Shown: in pieces, positions 38,736-47,816 of the stretch
How positions within the stretch are numbered: the stretch's first letter is position 1
Layout of the letters: every line of letters begins with the position of its first letter
Origin: Candidatus Parcubacteria bacterium
GTDB lineage: Bacteria > Patescibacteriota > Patescibacteriia > Patescibacteriales > UBA12465
Direction of reading: 5' to 3'
Assembly (NCBI GenBank): GCA_023444045.1
Contig: JAEZRQ010000006.1
Location: forward strand, 113,786 to 177,785
Length of the DNA: 64,000 bases
Position numbers and translations under genes: made by a program
Notes under the pieces: generated by a model
Told to the model about the DNA's origin: nothing
Seen by the model: only the letters and a program-made list of their open reading frames with translations
Databases searched by the model: none

Positions 38736-39314
38736 ATGTTAGACAAACAAATTGAATTAGAATTAATTTCCAAGGCTCGTTTAGGCGATAAAAATGCTTT
38801 CGCTGCTCTTTATGATACTTATGTAAAGAAGATTTATGATTTTATTTATTTTAAGACCTTAAATAAAGAATTAGCGGAAGACTTAGTCAGTCAGGTATTT
38901 TTAAAAGCCTTAAAGAATATAAGTAAATCAAAAAATGATAACTTTAGCGCCTGGTTATTTTTAATTGCTAAAAGAACAATCATTGATCATTACCGCTCTT
39001 TTAAGGATTTAAAAAATATTGATGATTGTTGGGATTTAGCTGACGGTGGCGATTTAATATCAGCGGTTAATAATAATTTAGAATTTAAAAAAATAAAAAT
39101 AGCCTTAAATAAACTATCAACTAGTGATAGGGAGGTAATCATTATGAGGTTCTGGTTAGATTTATCATTTAAAGAGATTGCTGCTAATTTAGGTAAAAGT
39201 GAAGGAGCGGCTAAAATGTTATTTTTTAGGGCGCTGGAAAAATTACGCCAGAACATCTCACCGCTAATGTTTCTATTAATCTCTTTCTCAACTATATGCA
39301 AAAAAATAAATTAA
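38736..39314 (+). CDS. ECF-type RNA polymerase sigma factor
   Basis: Region 2 (FAALYDTYVKKIYDFIY...AEDLVSQVFLKAL...FSAWLFLIAKRTIIDHYR) and region 4 HTH (SFKEIAANLGKSEGAAKMLFFRALEKLR). Confidence 0.88.
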   Translation: MLDKQIELELISKARLGDKNAFAALYDTYVKKIYDFIYFKTLNKELAEDLVSQVFLKALKNISKSKNDNFSAWLFLIAKRTIIDHYRSFKDLKNIDDCWDLADGGDLISAVNNNLEFKKIKIALNKLSTSDREVIIMRFWLDLSFKEIAANLGKSEGAAKMLFFRALEKLRQNISPLMFLLISFSTICKKIN

Positions 39315-40855
39315 CGCCGATTTTAGAAGAGCTTTATGCTTGGAATCCCAGTTTAAGGAATAAAGAGGCGGAGCTTGTTAAATTAATAAAAGCCATGTTA
39401 AAAAATAAGCCGGAGACAAATTTTGACTCAGAATTTGCCGAGGCTCTTAAAAAGGATCTTCTCAGCCATCAAATATTATTAGATAGTGATGATGGATTAA
39501 GGGAATCTAAATTTACTTTTAATTTTATGAAACCAAATCAAAAAATTTTTGTTGGCTTTGGGTCTTTAGCGGTTCTTGGACTCTTAGCTTTAATAATTGT
39601 TCCTAATTTTATTGGTAGTAGTTATCAAGATGAATCTCTTATTGTGAAGAAAAATCCGGGCGCTTTTGGATCACTGGCCACTCTCAGTGGGGCAGGTAGT
39701 GAAAATAAAGATCTTGCTGCCGCTTCCGGACAAGGGGAATTACTGGCTGCCGTTCCAACAGTTCAAACAGCGGAAAGAGGAATTGCTTCTGCTAATGATT
39801 CTTCTGTTACCAGTGTTTCAGCGGTTGCTTTTGGTGCCGGAGGAGGGAGTGATTTAGTGGCTTCTAAAATGATTTTGCCAATGTATTCTTTTGAATATAT
39901 TTATCGTGGTGATTCTTTAGATCTCAGTGAAGAAAGCGGTACTGTCTATCGTCGTTTAAAAGGTGGTGCTGGTTTTTCTTCCAGTCTGGATAATGTTATT
40001 AAGGATAAATCATTCGGGCCATTAAACCTAAAATCATTTTCTAATTTAGAAACTAACAGTATTTCTTTAACAGAGAATAAAAAATTAGGACTAAGTTTAA
40101 CAGTTGATTTTAAGGAAGAAAATATTTATATCGGTGAAAACTGGATGTATTGGCAGAGTGAGAGAGATAAATGTGGTTCTGATCAGGCTTGTTGGGATTC
40201 ATACCGTTTAAAAATCTCTGATATTCCTGCTGATGATTTAATGATTGCTATGGCTGGTAAATTCTTAACAGACAGAGGGATTAATTTAAGTAATTACGGC
40301 GATCCAACCGTTGATAATGAATGGCGCACGAATTATGAAAATTCTCAAGATAAGGAAAATTACTACATTCCAGAATATGTCAGTGTAATTTATCCATTAA
40401 AAGTTGATAATCAGATAGTTTATAACCAAAGCGGCGGTTTGGAGGGGTTACGAGTAACTATTAATTTACTCCACACAGCTGTTTCCGGTGTTAGTAGTTT
40501 AAGTTCTAATCGTTACGAAGCTTCTGACTACACCTTTGAAACTGATGGCGAAAGAATTATTTCTGTAGCTGAAAAAGGTGGTTACGGCGGTTTCTCTTAT
40601 TACAGTGGCGAAGAAAAGAAAACAATGGTTGAATTAGGAACACCAACAAAATCTTTAGTTAAATTCTGGCGTTACACTAATGGTAATAGTGAGGAATTGT
40701 TAGTTCCAGCTCTAGTTTTCCCAGTAATTAACAACCCTGAAAATTATTATGGCTCAAAGTTTATCACCGTTCCTTTAGTAAAAGAAATGATAAATGAGGC
40801 TAATAGTACAACTAGTCCTGGTTGGGGCGGAGGAGTAATGCCAATGGTTAGATAA
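39296..40855 (+). CDS. Single-pass membrane protein with large extracytoplasmic domain; putative anti-sigma factor
   Basis: Overlaps the sigma gene by 19 nt. About 85-aa cytoplasmic N-terminus, one TM helix (IFVGFGSLAVLGLLALIIVPNFI), about 410-aa outer domain. Confidence 0.6.
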   Translation: MQKNKLTPILEELYAWNPSLRNKEAELVKLIKAMLKNKPETNFDSEFAEALKKDLLSHQILLDSDDGLRESKFTFNFMKPNQKIFVGFGSLAVLGLLALIIVPNFIGSSYQDESLIVKKNPGAFGSLATLSGAGSENKDLAAASGQGELLAAVPTVQTAERGIASANDSSVTSVSAVAFGAGGGSDLVASKMILPMYSFEYIYRGDSLDLSEESGTVYRRLKGGAGFSSSLDNVIKDKSFGPLNLKSFSNLETNSISLTENKKLGLSLTVDFKEENIYIGENWMYWQSERDKCGSDQACWDSYRLKISDIPADDLMIAMAGKFLTDRGINLSNYGDPTVDNEWRTNYENSQDKENYYIPEYVSVIYPLKVDNQIVYNQSGGLEGLRVTINLLHTAVSGVSSLSSNRYEASDYTFETDGERIISVAEKGGYGGFSYYSGEEKKTMVELGTPTKSLVKFWRYTNGNSEELLVPALVFPVINNPENYYGSKFITVPLVKEMINEANSTTSPGWGGGVMPMVR

Positions 40856-40863
40856 TATATAGT

Positions 40864-40892
40864 AAAACCTCTCAAAATCTGGGAGGTTTTTT
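40864..40892 (+). terminator. Rho-independent terminator
   Basis: CCTCTC-aaaatct-GGGAGG followed by T6. Confidence 0.8.
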
Positions 40893-40895
40893 GTA

Positions 40896-40924
40896 TTGAC
40901 AAAAAGATACTAAACTGGTAAAGT
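40896..40924 (+). promoter_or_regulatory. Putative promoter of the 163-aa orphan
   Basis: TTGACA (40896-40901), 17-nt spacer ending in TGg, TAAAGT (40919-40924). Confidence 0.55.
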
Positions 40925-40974
40925 TTTTAGAAATTAAAAAGTAAATTAACAATTAAAATAGGAGGGCAAAGAAT

Positions 40975-41466
40975 ATGGAAAAAATTTCGGTAATGGTCAA
41001 CAACCTGTATGCCAGGGTAGGGGCCACGATTTCAAGAAACATTTTAAGAACACAGGATATGTGTCTAATGGGTGTTAGTGTAACGCCCTGCGGCTGCCGG
41101 GTGAATCATGGTTCGGTTGATGGTTTCAGTGTTGAGCTCATTGATCCTGAAAAATTGGAGAAAAACCATTCACTTTATATCGCTCTGTTTTCTTACGGTA
41201 AGCCGGATGTAATAGTGGATTTAAGTTCCAATTCTTTTTTAAAAGACGAATTTCCAACTTTTCAACCACACATTTCTTTCATTTTATCAGAGGCTTTAGC
41301 TTCAGATGAATTAAATAAAAAGGCAGGAAAGGCGAACTTAAATATTGTGTTTTTGCCCGAAGATTCTTCTGAAGAAAAGATTATGCAGACCTTAAGATTT
41401 GTTAATCAAAAAGTAAAGGAAGATTCTTGGGGTAATGTTTTTACTGAGAGAGATGTAAAATTATAA
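40975..41466 (+). CDS. Hypothetical cytoplasmic protein (163 aa)
   Basis: Single-gene cassette with its own promoter, a rare strong SD (AGGAGGG 7 nt upstream of the ATG) and a terminator. No motif recognised. Confidence 0.6.
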   Translation: MEKISVMVNNLYARVGATISRNILRTQDMCLMGVSVTPCGCRVNHGSVDGFSVELIDPEKLEKNHSLYIALFSYGKPDVIVDLSSNSFLKDEFPTFQPHISFILSEALASDELNKKAGKANLNIVFLPEDSSEEKIMQTLRFVNQKVKEDSWGNVFTERDVKL

Positions 41467-41471
41467 AATAT

Positions 41472-41506
41472 AAAAAAAGATTAGTTCGTAACGACTAATC
41501 TTTTTT
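41472..41506. terminator. Bidirectional Rho-independent terminator
   Basis: A7-AGATTAGTT...GACTAATCT-T6 between convergent genes. Confidence 0.8.
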
Positions 41507-41510
41507 GTTT

Positions 41511-42887
41511 TTATAAGTTGAAGGTTTCGCCTAGTTTCGGAATAATAACTTCTAAATCCGGTCTTCTTTTTTTAACTAATTCCGCTAAGGCTGTTGTGGC
41601 TTCATTTTCACCATGGACTAAGAAAACTTTTTTAAGACCTTTGACGCTTTCAATATATTTAATTAGAGCATCTTGGTCAGCGTGAGCACTTAATTCTTCT
41701 AATTTTAGAATTTTAGCTCTTACAATGAATTCCTCGCCATATATTTTCACAATCTTATCACCATTTTCTACTTTTCGTCCTAGAGTATTTTCCGCTTGGT
41801 AGCCGGTTAAGAGGATTCTAGTTTTAGGATTACTAATATTATTTCTTAGGTGGTGCAAGACACGGCCACCTTCCATCATCCCAGATGAGGCAATAATCAT
41901 TAGCGGCCCCAACTTATTATTTAACATCTTTGATTCGGCTGTTGTTCTGACATAGTTTAATTTATTAAATGAGAAAGGGGATTTTCCTTGATTAATAAAT
42001 TCATCCCAAGTTTCTTCGTCAAAGTCTACTTTATATTTTTTAAAGACATCAGTGATGCTGTTGCTTAGTGGGCTGTCTACATAAATTGGAATTTCTGGTA
42101 TTTCTCCTTCTTTATGTAATTTGTGCAAAATATAAATTAATTCTTGAGTGCGACCAAGAGCAAAAGCGGGCACAATAATACGACTTTTTTCCTTAACAGT
42201 TTTTACAATTGCCTCTTTAATTATTTTATAAGCATCGCCGACCGGAGGGTGATTACGGTTGCCATAAGTTGATTCACAAATTAAAATCTCCGCTTCCTCT
42301 GGCACATGCTCTGGGTCAGGAAGAATTGGTAGTCCCACATTACCTAAATCGCCGGTATAAATAATATTTTTCTTGGCCGTTTTTATCAAAGTTACCGCTG
42401 AACCTAAAATATGGCCGGCATCATAGAACTTAAAGGAAAGTTGGTGGTTAATTTTGTATTCAGTATTATAATCAACGTCATGAAATAGATGAGCTGTTTT
42501 TTCTACTTCATATTCGCTATAAATCGGTGGATATGGGCTTTTAATGCCTTTTTTCTGTAACCAGCGATAATCATTCTCTTGAATCTTGGCCGCATCTAAC
42601 ATAATTAGTCTGGCAATGTCAGCCGTGGCTGGAGTGGTATAGATTGGTTGGTTGTAACCATTTTTAACAAGTAGCGGCAGGGAACAGCAGTGGTCAGCAT
42701 GGGCGTGTGACAAGATTACATTGTTCACCTGTTTTAATTTTTCTGGCAACTTAGAGTTGGCTTCGTACGACTGGGCTCTCCTTCCTTGAAAAAAGCCGCA
42801 ATCAAGTAAAACTTTTTGCTGCCCCACTTCTAATAAGTGTTTTGAACCGGTGACGCCACCGGCCGCGCCGAAGAAAGTTATTTTCAT
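41511..42887 (-). CDS. Metallo-beta-lactamase/beta-CASP family ribonuclease (CPSF/RNase J-like)
   Basis: HxHxDH motif (SHAHADHC), beta-CASP-length insert, C-terminal SAHADQ and LVHGE motifs. Confidence 0.85.
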   Translation of the reverse strand: MKITFFGAAGGVTGSKHLLEVGQQKVLLDCGFFQGRRAQSYEANSKLPEKLKQVNNVILSHAHADHCCSLPLLVKNGYNQPIYTTPATADIARLIMLDAAKIQENDYRWLQKKGIKSPYPPIYSEYEVEKTAHLFHDVDYNTEYKINHQLSFKFYDAGHILGSAVTLIKTAKKNIIYTGDLGNVGLPILPDPEHVPEEAEILICESTYGNRNHPPVGDAYKIIKEAIVKTVKEKSRIIVPAFALGRTQELIYILHKLHKEGEIPEIPIYVDSPLSNSITDVFKKYKVDFDEETWDEFINQGKSPFSFNKLNYVRTTAESKMLNNKLGPLMIIASSGMMEGGRVLHHLRNNISNPKTRILLTGYQAENTLGRKVENGDKIVKIYGEEFIVRAKILKLEELSAHADQDALIKYIESVKGLKKVFLVHGENEATTALAELVKKRRPDLEVIIPKLGETFNL

Positions 42888-42954
42888 ATGGTTTAAGGTT
42901 ATTAATTTATTATAGCATAAATCTTCTTTATATTTTTAAAAATGATAATAAACA

Positions 42955-42980
42955 AAAAACCTCCAATGATGGAGATTTTT
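42955..42980 (-). terminator. Rho-independent terminator after tRNA-Glu
   Basis: On the minus strand: CTCCA-tcat-TGGAG flanked by A/T runs (AAAAATCTCCATCATTGGAGGTTTTTT). Confidence 0.6.
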
Positions 42981-42985
42981 ATGAG

Positions 42986-43057
42986 TAGTCCCAAGGGGAA
43001 TCGAACCCCTATTACCAGGATGAGAACCTGGCGTCCTAACCATTAGACGATGAGACC
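42986..43057 (-). tRNA. tRNA-Glu (anticodon CUC), no encoded CCA
   Basis: Acceptor GGTCTCA/TGGGACT (G1-U72 and U5-G68 wobbles), D arm GTCT-AATGGTTA-GGAC, anticodon arm CCAGG-TTCTCAT-CCTGG, T arm AGGGG-TTCGATT-CCCCT. Confidence 0.88.
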
Positions 43058-43060
43058 AAT

Positions 43061-44002
43061 TTATTCAATTATTTTGCCAATAATATCTTGATGTCCGGCT
43101 AAAAAACTTTGTGAATCCATTACTTTTTTGCCTTCAAGTTGTAATTCTAATATAACTAAAGAATTTTGTCCACATTTAACTAATAATTCTTTATTTTCTT
43201 CAAATATTTCACCAATTTTCTTTTCTGGGTGCTCATTACTATCAACCTTAGCTCTTTTTATCTTGATTATTTTGCCATCTAACAAGCCATAAGCTCCTGG
43301 CCAAGGATTAAAGGCTCTAATTTTTCTGTCTATTTCTATCGCCCCCTCATTCCAATTAATCTTTCCATCCTTTTTATCAATCGTTTTAACGTAAGAACTT
43401 AAAGTATCATCTTGTTTCTGTGGCTTGATTTTTCCTTGAGCAAAACTATCCAAAGTATCAGCTAAAATAGAGGCCCCTAAATAGCTTAAAGTATCATGCA
43501 AAAATTCTAAAGTTTCATTGCCTTCTAAGTTAATTCTTTCTTGTTTCAATATATCGCCGGTATCAAGCCCCTCATCCATTAACATAATACTAACACCAGT
43601 TTCCTTATCACCATTTAAAATCGGTGCTTGGAGACATGAAGCACCCCGGTATTTTGGTAGTAGGGAAGCATGCACATTAACACAGGCAATTTTAGGAATT
43701 TCTAAAATGGATTTTTTAAGAATTTGACCATAAGCAATTACAACGATAAAATCTGGTTCTAGCTCGGCGATTTCCTTGGCAATATTATTAATCTTCTTTG
43801 GTTGTAGAACCTCAAGACCAAGCAACAAAGCCGCTTTTTTAACGGGCGTATTTATTAATTCTTGTTTGCGCCCTACTGGCTTATCTTCTTGAGTAATAAC
43901 GGCCTTAATTTCAAAACGTGGATCTTTAGATAAAGCCTGAAGGCCGGGCACAGCGAAGTCTGGTGTTCCGGCAAAAACTATTTTGTATCTTTTATTTAGC
44001 AT
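43061..44002 (-). CDS. fmt: Methionyl-tRNA formyltransferase
   Basis: IVFAGTPDFAVP..., HASLLPKYRGASCLQAPILNGD (formyltransferase SLLP motif), C-terminal Fmt domain. Confidence 0.95.
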   Translation of the reverse strand: MLNKRYKIVFAGTPDFAVPGLQALSKDPRFEIKAVITQEDKPVGRKQELINTPVKKAALLLGLEVLQPKKINNIAKEIAELEPDFIVVIAYGQILKKSILEIPKIACVNVHASLLPKYRGASCLQAPILNGDKETGVSIMLMDEGLDTGDILKQERINLEGNETLEFLHDTLSYLGASILADTLDSFAQGKIKPQKQDDTLSSYVKTIDKKDGKINWNEGAIEIDRKIRAFNPWPGAYGLLDGKIIKIKRAKVDSNEHPEKKIGEIFEENKELLVKCGQNSLVILELQLEGKKVMDSQSFLAGHQDIIGKIIE

Positions 44003-44017
44003 GTTATCATTATAAAT

Positions 44018-44653
44018 ATGTTTACTACATTTATCAATTGGGTATTATCTCTGGCCGAGGGACTCGGCTATGTTGGTGTTTTTGTTCTAATGGCTGTTGA
44101 AAGCTCTTTTTTACCATTTCCATCGGAATTAGCGATACCGCCAGCTGCTTGGCTAGCTAGCCAGGGGAAGATGAATCTATTTTTAATAATTTTTCTTGGT
44201 ACTTTAGGTAGTGTTATTGGCGCCGTATTTAATTATTTTCTCGCTCTCTGGTTAGGTAGGCCCTTAATTTATAAATTAATTGATACCAGGTTCGCTAGAT
44301 TACTAAGATTAAAAAAAGAGGATCTAGAACGAACTGAAAAAATGTTTTTGGAAAACGCCAATAAAGCGACATTTGTGGCGCGTTTAATTCCAGTTGTCAG
44401 ACAGTTAATTTCTATTCCTGCCGGATTTACAAAAATGCCCTTTACCCCCTTTATTCTACTAACAGCCTTAGGGTCATTTATCTGGGTGACAATTTTAGCT
44501 ATTTTGGGTTATACCCTAGGAGCTAATCAAGAATTACTTCACGTCTATTATGAAGAATTAACCTGGGCTTTATTAATTTTAGGTATACTTTGGATTCTTA
44601 ACTTCTTCCGTAAAAAAAGAAAGAAAAGATTAACAAAAGAAAATCGGGCTTAA
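44018..44653 (+). CDS. DedA-family membrane protein
   Basis: DedA/SNARE-associated signature (GYVGVFVLMAVESSFLPFPSE...RLIPVVRQLISIPAG). Confidence 0.9.
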   Translation: MFTTFINWVLSLAEGLGYVGVFVLMAVESSFLPFPSELAIPPAAWLASQGKMNLFLIIFLGTLGSVIGAVFNYFLALWLGRPLIYKLIDTRFARLLRLKKEDLERTEKMFLENANKATFVARLIPVVRQLISIPAGFTKMPFTPFILLTALGSFIWVTILAILGYTLGANQELLHVYYEELTWALLILGILWILNFFRKKRKKRLTKENRA

Positions 44654-44660
44654 CCCGATT

Positions 44661-45137
44661 TTATTTTATTAGGCGGTCAATGAATAAAACTCCGTCTAAG
44701 TGATCTATTTCGTGTTGAATGATTCTAGCTAGCATTTTTTCGGCTTGGATTTTTTTCTTATTACCGTGCTCATCAAAATAGTTACAAGTAACTTTTTTGT
44801 GGCGCGAAACTGGTCCGTAAATTATTTCTCCCTTATCATCAACCACGGATAGACAACCCTCATCTTCTATTTCTTGAGCCCAAGATTTTTTAGTAATTTT
44901 AGGATTTATCATGAATAAACTTTTCTTTGTTTTTTCATCATTAACAATAATTACTCTGATACTTTTTCCAATTTGCGGCGCTGCTAGTCCGGCACCATCA
45001 AGCTCCTTCATGGTTTTGTTCATGTCTTCAAGTAATTCTTTAATCTCTTTTTTTCTGAGCTGGTCAATAGGAAAATCTTTAGCCTTTTGTCTTAGAAAGC
45101 TATCGGGATATTTGATTATATTTAATATTTTGGCCAT
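44661..45137 (-). CDS. def: Peptide deformylase
   Basis: Three Def motifs: GAGLAAPQIG, EGCLSV, HEIDHLDG. ATG 45137 (MAKILNIIKYPD) chosen over the longer ORF-track start 45230. Confidence 0.93.
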   Translation of the reverse strand: MAKILNIIKYPDSFLRQKAKDFPIDQLRKKEIKELLEDMNKTMKELDGAGLAAPQIGKSIRVIIVNDEKTKKSLFMINPKITKKSWAQEIEDEGCLSVVDDKGEIIYGPVSRHKKVTCNYFDEHGNKKKIQAEKMLARIIQHEIDHLDGVLFIDRLIK

Positions 45138-45429
45138 ATTTTTTTGGTTTGTAGGGAGTGTTGGGGGCATCAATAACTTTAAAAAAGTATTTCCACTTTT
45201 CGCCACCCTGACAAAGCTCCTTAGTGTCATTGATTGCTCTAGTTACAACACCACTATCTTTTTCTTTACAGATTTTAAAAACAGATGAGCGTTTAAAATT
45301 AGGAATATCTAGTTCGGCAATAACCTTTAAGGCTAAATCTTGCCAAGGGTAGGCAGGGGCCTTTTTTTGCACCTGACTCTGCTTGGCTTTAAAGATATCA
45401 GCAAAAGCTGTCAGCTCGCTTTTAGGCAT
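45100..45429 (-). CDS. Hypothetical protein (109 aa)
   Basis: ORF tightly packed between the LigB-like gene (2-nt gap) and def (38-nt overlap). No motif recognised. Confidence 0.5.
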   Translation of the reverse strand: MPKSELTAFADIFKAKQSQVQKKAPAYPWQDLALKVIAELDIPNFKRSSVFKICKEKDSGVVTRAINDTKELCQGGEKWKYFFKVIDAPNTPYKPKKYGQNIKYNQISR

Positions 45430-45430
45430 A

Positions 45431-46225
45431 TTAATCTAACTTAAAGTTCATCGTCAAATAACCAATACCAAAATCAGTTTGGTAGGCTAAGACTTCTGGT
45501 TCATATTTTTTATCTTCAAGAACACCCAAGAGAACAACAATAGATTTTAAGCCGCATTCACTAGCATCTTTAATTAATTTATTATCAAAACCTAGAATGT
45601 TTGGCACGGCAGTTTCTGGATTATTTAGAAATTCAATTAACTTATTATCAAACTTAGCTCCTTTGGGAGAATAGCCTTCAGGGGAATTCTTCTTCAGGCG
45701 GTGTGATAAATCTCCGGAAGCAATCACTGCAATTTTTTTAGCCGAATCGCTGATGACTTCAGATATCTTTTTTCCTAAATTAATATGTTCTTCTAGATTT
45801 AAAGTTTCGGAATAATTAATTACTACTATTTTAACATCAGGCAGTTTTGCTGTTAGTAAATATAAAGGAATAGAAGCGCCATAATCTAGCTTATCACTAC
45901 TTATTAATCTAATATTTAAGTCTTCTTTGTTTTTTAATTCATCAATAAAAGATAGGTCGCTGTTAAATTTTTTATTAGCTCCTAAAAAACCAAAATCACT
46001 TAAATCTACTTTTAGTTCTGGGCCTAAATTAATCACAAAACTATCGCTGATATTTTGTCCATGAGGGGAAATGATGATAATCGTCTCAATGTCATTACCT
46101 TGAAGCTCTTGGGCAATTTCTTCATAAGCGGCAACCGTTTTTTTAAGCACTTGGCGGTTAAGCTTACCAATTTCTGGAATCAAGATAGGTGAGTGAGAGA
46201 CAATAGCAGCGTTAAGTAGTGGCAT
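45431..46225 (-). CDS. Class III extradiol dioxygenase (LigB/Memo-like) family protein
   Basis: N-terminus AAIVSHSPILIPE, IIISPHG and ASGDLSHRL His-containing motifs typical of the LigB-fold family. Confidence 0.7.
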   Translation of the reverse strand: MPLLNAAIVSHSPILIPEIGKLNRQVLKKTVAAYEEIAQELQGNDIETIIIISPHGQNISDSFVINLGPELKVDLSDFGFLGANKKFNSDLSFIDELKNKEDLNIRLISSDKLDYGASIPLYLLTAKLPDVKIVVINYSETLNLEEHINLGKKISEVISDSAKKIAVIASGDLSHRLKKNSPEGYSPKGAKFDNKLIEFLNNPETAVPNILGFDNKLIKDASECGLKSIVVLLGVLEDKKYEPEVLAYQTDFGIGYLTMNFKLD

Positions 46226-46226
46226 A

Positions 46227-47705
46227 TTAATTAGTAGTTTGAATAATCACCGGATCTCCAGTTGGATACATCGCTAGAAGTTGTGGTGACACTTTAATTA
46301 CGTTAGTGAATTTATAACCCAAGCTTTCAAAAATTTCGCCACTGGTGAAGGGCCTCTTTCTCCCTTGTGATATAAGGTAGACAGTTGGGGAACTCTCAGA
46401 CATCAATAATTCACCATCACCAAAGATAACCGGTGATCCTTTGGTATATTTTTCCAGCTCAGCTGTTGTTCCTTTATTAACTTTTTTCCCTTTAAATTTA
46501 GTGCTTAAAAATATTTTATCAATAATAGGATATTTATAGCCACTTTCTACATAGTAAACGCCACCACTTTTGGGATCTTGAACTAATCGACCTGTCGGAT
46601 ACGTTGATGTAGCAGTAATAACCCTTCCTTCGCTATAGGCAGCTAATTCTTCACTAGTTGCTTTAATAATCTCTTCTTTATTAAAACCAATCTGTTTAAA
46701 GACGTCTTGAGAGGCGATTAATCTTTTTTCAGTATCAACAATTAAATAAACTTTTTTATCTGGAGTTTCAATTAGGGAGTAATTAGGGAACTTTATTGGC
46801 TCACCTTTAGAATAAGCGTCTAAAACAGTCGCTTCAATATTAATTATTTTATTAGGATCAAAGCGGGAGATAAGGGCGCTATAACTAGTAAAGGGTCTTT
46901 TTTGACCGTTTTGAATAAGCCAAACTCCTGGCTCTCCGGCTACTTGTAACAGGGAACCGTCAGGGTAGTTTTGGATAACATCCGGAAAATATTTGTTATA
47001 CAAAATATAAAAATTATAATTTCCGTTAAATACATGCGGAGTGTAATTATATAAAGCGGCCGTAGCTTTATTCTCAGGAGTTACCACCATTGGCTCTTTA
47101 GAAATAGTGCCATAAGGGTTGGTAAAGGTATAAGTTTGTCCCATTTTATAAGGATAGCGCTGTTGTTCGTTCATGTAAGCAAGAAACTGTAGAGCAGCAC
47201 TGTTTATTTGTTTTCCTAAGCCTTTATAATAGGGGTTGCAAGCGGCACTATCAGGGCAGCCGTAACCAGTGGCCCAATCAAGTCTAGCTTGAGCTGGACT
47301 AGGATTTTCAATTAAACTAGATTCTTTTTGCAGTAAGGTGATAATAACTTTCGGTGAGATAGTGGTAATGCTGCGGCATTTAATGCGCCTCATCTCTTCG
47401 CTAGGATTGTCTCCAAGATCAACGCCAGAGCAATCATAGTTATTGTTAGCGGCATCATAAATTATCTCCGCCGCGCTTTTAACTGTTCCGTAAGCATTAA
47501 TAGTGGTATAAGAAGCCAGATAACTATTTTTGTTAGCTAAAAGTTGTTGAATTTGCGACACACTTAAGCTTTTAACATCCATCATTTCAGCGTCTTCAAT
47601 TATTCTATTAGGATTAAAAGTGGGGTCTATCTCTTGAGCGGCACTAGGAAAAAAGGGAATAAACAAACCCATTAAGAGTAAAGACGTTAAAATTTTCTTT
47701 GGCAT
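46227..47705 (-). CDS. Secreted protein with four C-terminal ~55-60-aa repeats; possible cell-wall-binding or hydrolase protein
   Basis: Signal peptide (MPKKILTSLLLMGLFIPFFPSAAQ). N-domain with LLQKESSL. Four repeats of the pattern VYLI..G.KRPF.S...F.S.G....I..V....L..Y..G.P. Confidence 0.7.
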   Translation of the reverse strand: MPKKILTSLLLMGLFIPFFPSAAQEIDPTFNPNRIIEDAEMMDVKSLSVSQIQQLLANKNSYLASYTTINAYGTVKSAAEIIYDAANNNYDCSGVDLGDNPSEEMRRIKCRSITTISPKVIITLLQKESSLIENPSPAQARLDWATGYGCPDSAACNPYYKGLGKQINSAALQFLAYMNEQQRYPYKMGQTYTFTNPYGTISKEPMVVTPENKATAALYNYTPHVFNGNYNFYILYNKYFPDVIQNYPDGSLLQVAGEPGVWLIQNGQKRPFTSYSALISRFDPNKIINIEATVLDAYSKGEPIKFPNYSLIETPDKKVYLIVDTEKRLIASQDVFKQIGFNKEEIIKATSEELAAYSEGRVITATSTYPTGRLVQDPKSGGVYYVESGYKYPIIDKIFLSTKFKGKKVNKGTTAELEKYTKGSPVIFGDGELLMSESSPTVYLISQGRKRPFTSGEIFESLGYKFTNVIKVSPQLLAMYPTGDPVIIQTTN

Positions 47706-47816
47706 ATAGTGATTTTCTTATTAATAAGTTAACCATCTTATTATAATATAAAAGGGCTCATTTGGCTACTAAAATTAAAAAAGACCCTTGCAAAAAGGCC
47801 TTTTTTAATTTTTAGC

